DNA from: a virus | DNA: 64,000 nucleotides | Direction: 5' to 3' (one strand) | Virus record (IMG/VR): IMGVR_UViG_3300036770_005214 | Coordinates: 32,001 to 96,000 of that record | Shown: positions 63,914 through 64,000 of the stretch, in pieces | Numbering within the stretch: the first letter of the stretch is position 1 | Layout of the letters: each line of letters begins with the position of its first letter | Notes under the pieces: generated by a model | The model's input: the letters and a program-made list of their open reading frames with translations, nothing else | Databases searched by the model: none | What the model was told of the DNA's origin: nothing | Position numbers and translations under genes: made by a program

Positions 63914-64000
63914 CACTGCACCAGCGACGCGACGAGGTAGCCCACACCAGCACCGATGGCAGCCGACTGGATCCGGCGCCCGGAGCCGCCCAGCAGGAGG
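63913..64000 (-). CDS. 3' end of a glycine-zipper protein (truncated by window edge)
   Basis: LLLGGSGRRIQSAAIGAGVGYLVASLVQ*, TGATG-coupled to the DUF1232 gene. Confidence 0.6.
   Translation of the reverse strand, partial: LLLGGSGRRIQSAAIGAGVGYLVASLVQ

Larger units (their letters stand above)
1..64000. mobile_element. Fragment of a large high-GC bacteriophage or virus-like element (no boundaries in window)
   Basis: Phage-type replication and recombination genes, DarB-like protein, endolysins, RadC, tyrosine recombinase, many tightly coupled short ORFs (GTGA/ATGA overlaps), no host core genes. Confidence 0.85.

Noticed and set aside
1-64000. tRNA, rRNA, CRISPR arrays, retron or DGR elements
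   Set aside because: No cloverleaf-like sequences, repeat-spacer periodicity or reverse transcriptase motifs noticed; by-eye inspection only, so a tRNAscan/Infernal run is still warranted

Overview
The whole window looks like a fragment of a large, high-GC bacterial dsDNA virus or phage-like episome. No host housekeeping genes, rRNA, tRNA or CRISPR array were seen. Layout: (1) 1-19.7 kb, + strand DNA metabolism: HNH/DUF4326, Dam-type methyltransferase, RecD/Dda-like helicase, Cas4-like PD-(D/E)xK nuclease, RavA-like MoxR ATPase plus VWA partner, Sak4-like ATPase, SSB-like protein, UDG-domain/family A DNA polymerase fusion, GP88-domain multidomain protein, Rad50/SbcC-like ATPase. (2) 19.8-31.9 kb: large multidomain proteins (1286-aa beta-helix protein, GHKL ATPase-HExxH protease fusion, extended UvrD), an XRE regulator and HU. 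(3) 32-40 kb: small beta-rich and glycine-zipper membrane proteins, three cell-wall hydrolase genes and a J-domain protein. (4) 40-45 kb: array of short early-type genes with duplicated promoter/leader modules next to a Cre-like tyrosine recombinase. (5) 45-64 kb, - strand: DarB-like methylase-SNF2 helicase, a histone H1/HMG-like basic protein, and more glycine-zipper proteins around a tandem transglutaminase-like protein. No terminase, portal, tail or major capsid gene is recognisable here. The many membrane proteins suggest, by inference only, a tailless membrane-containing virion. Two recurring promoter families were found by eye. All family assignments come from motif recognition, not database searches, and several start codons were moved from the ORF track on RBS or stop/start-overlap evidence.
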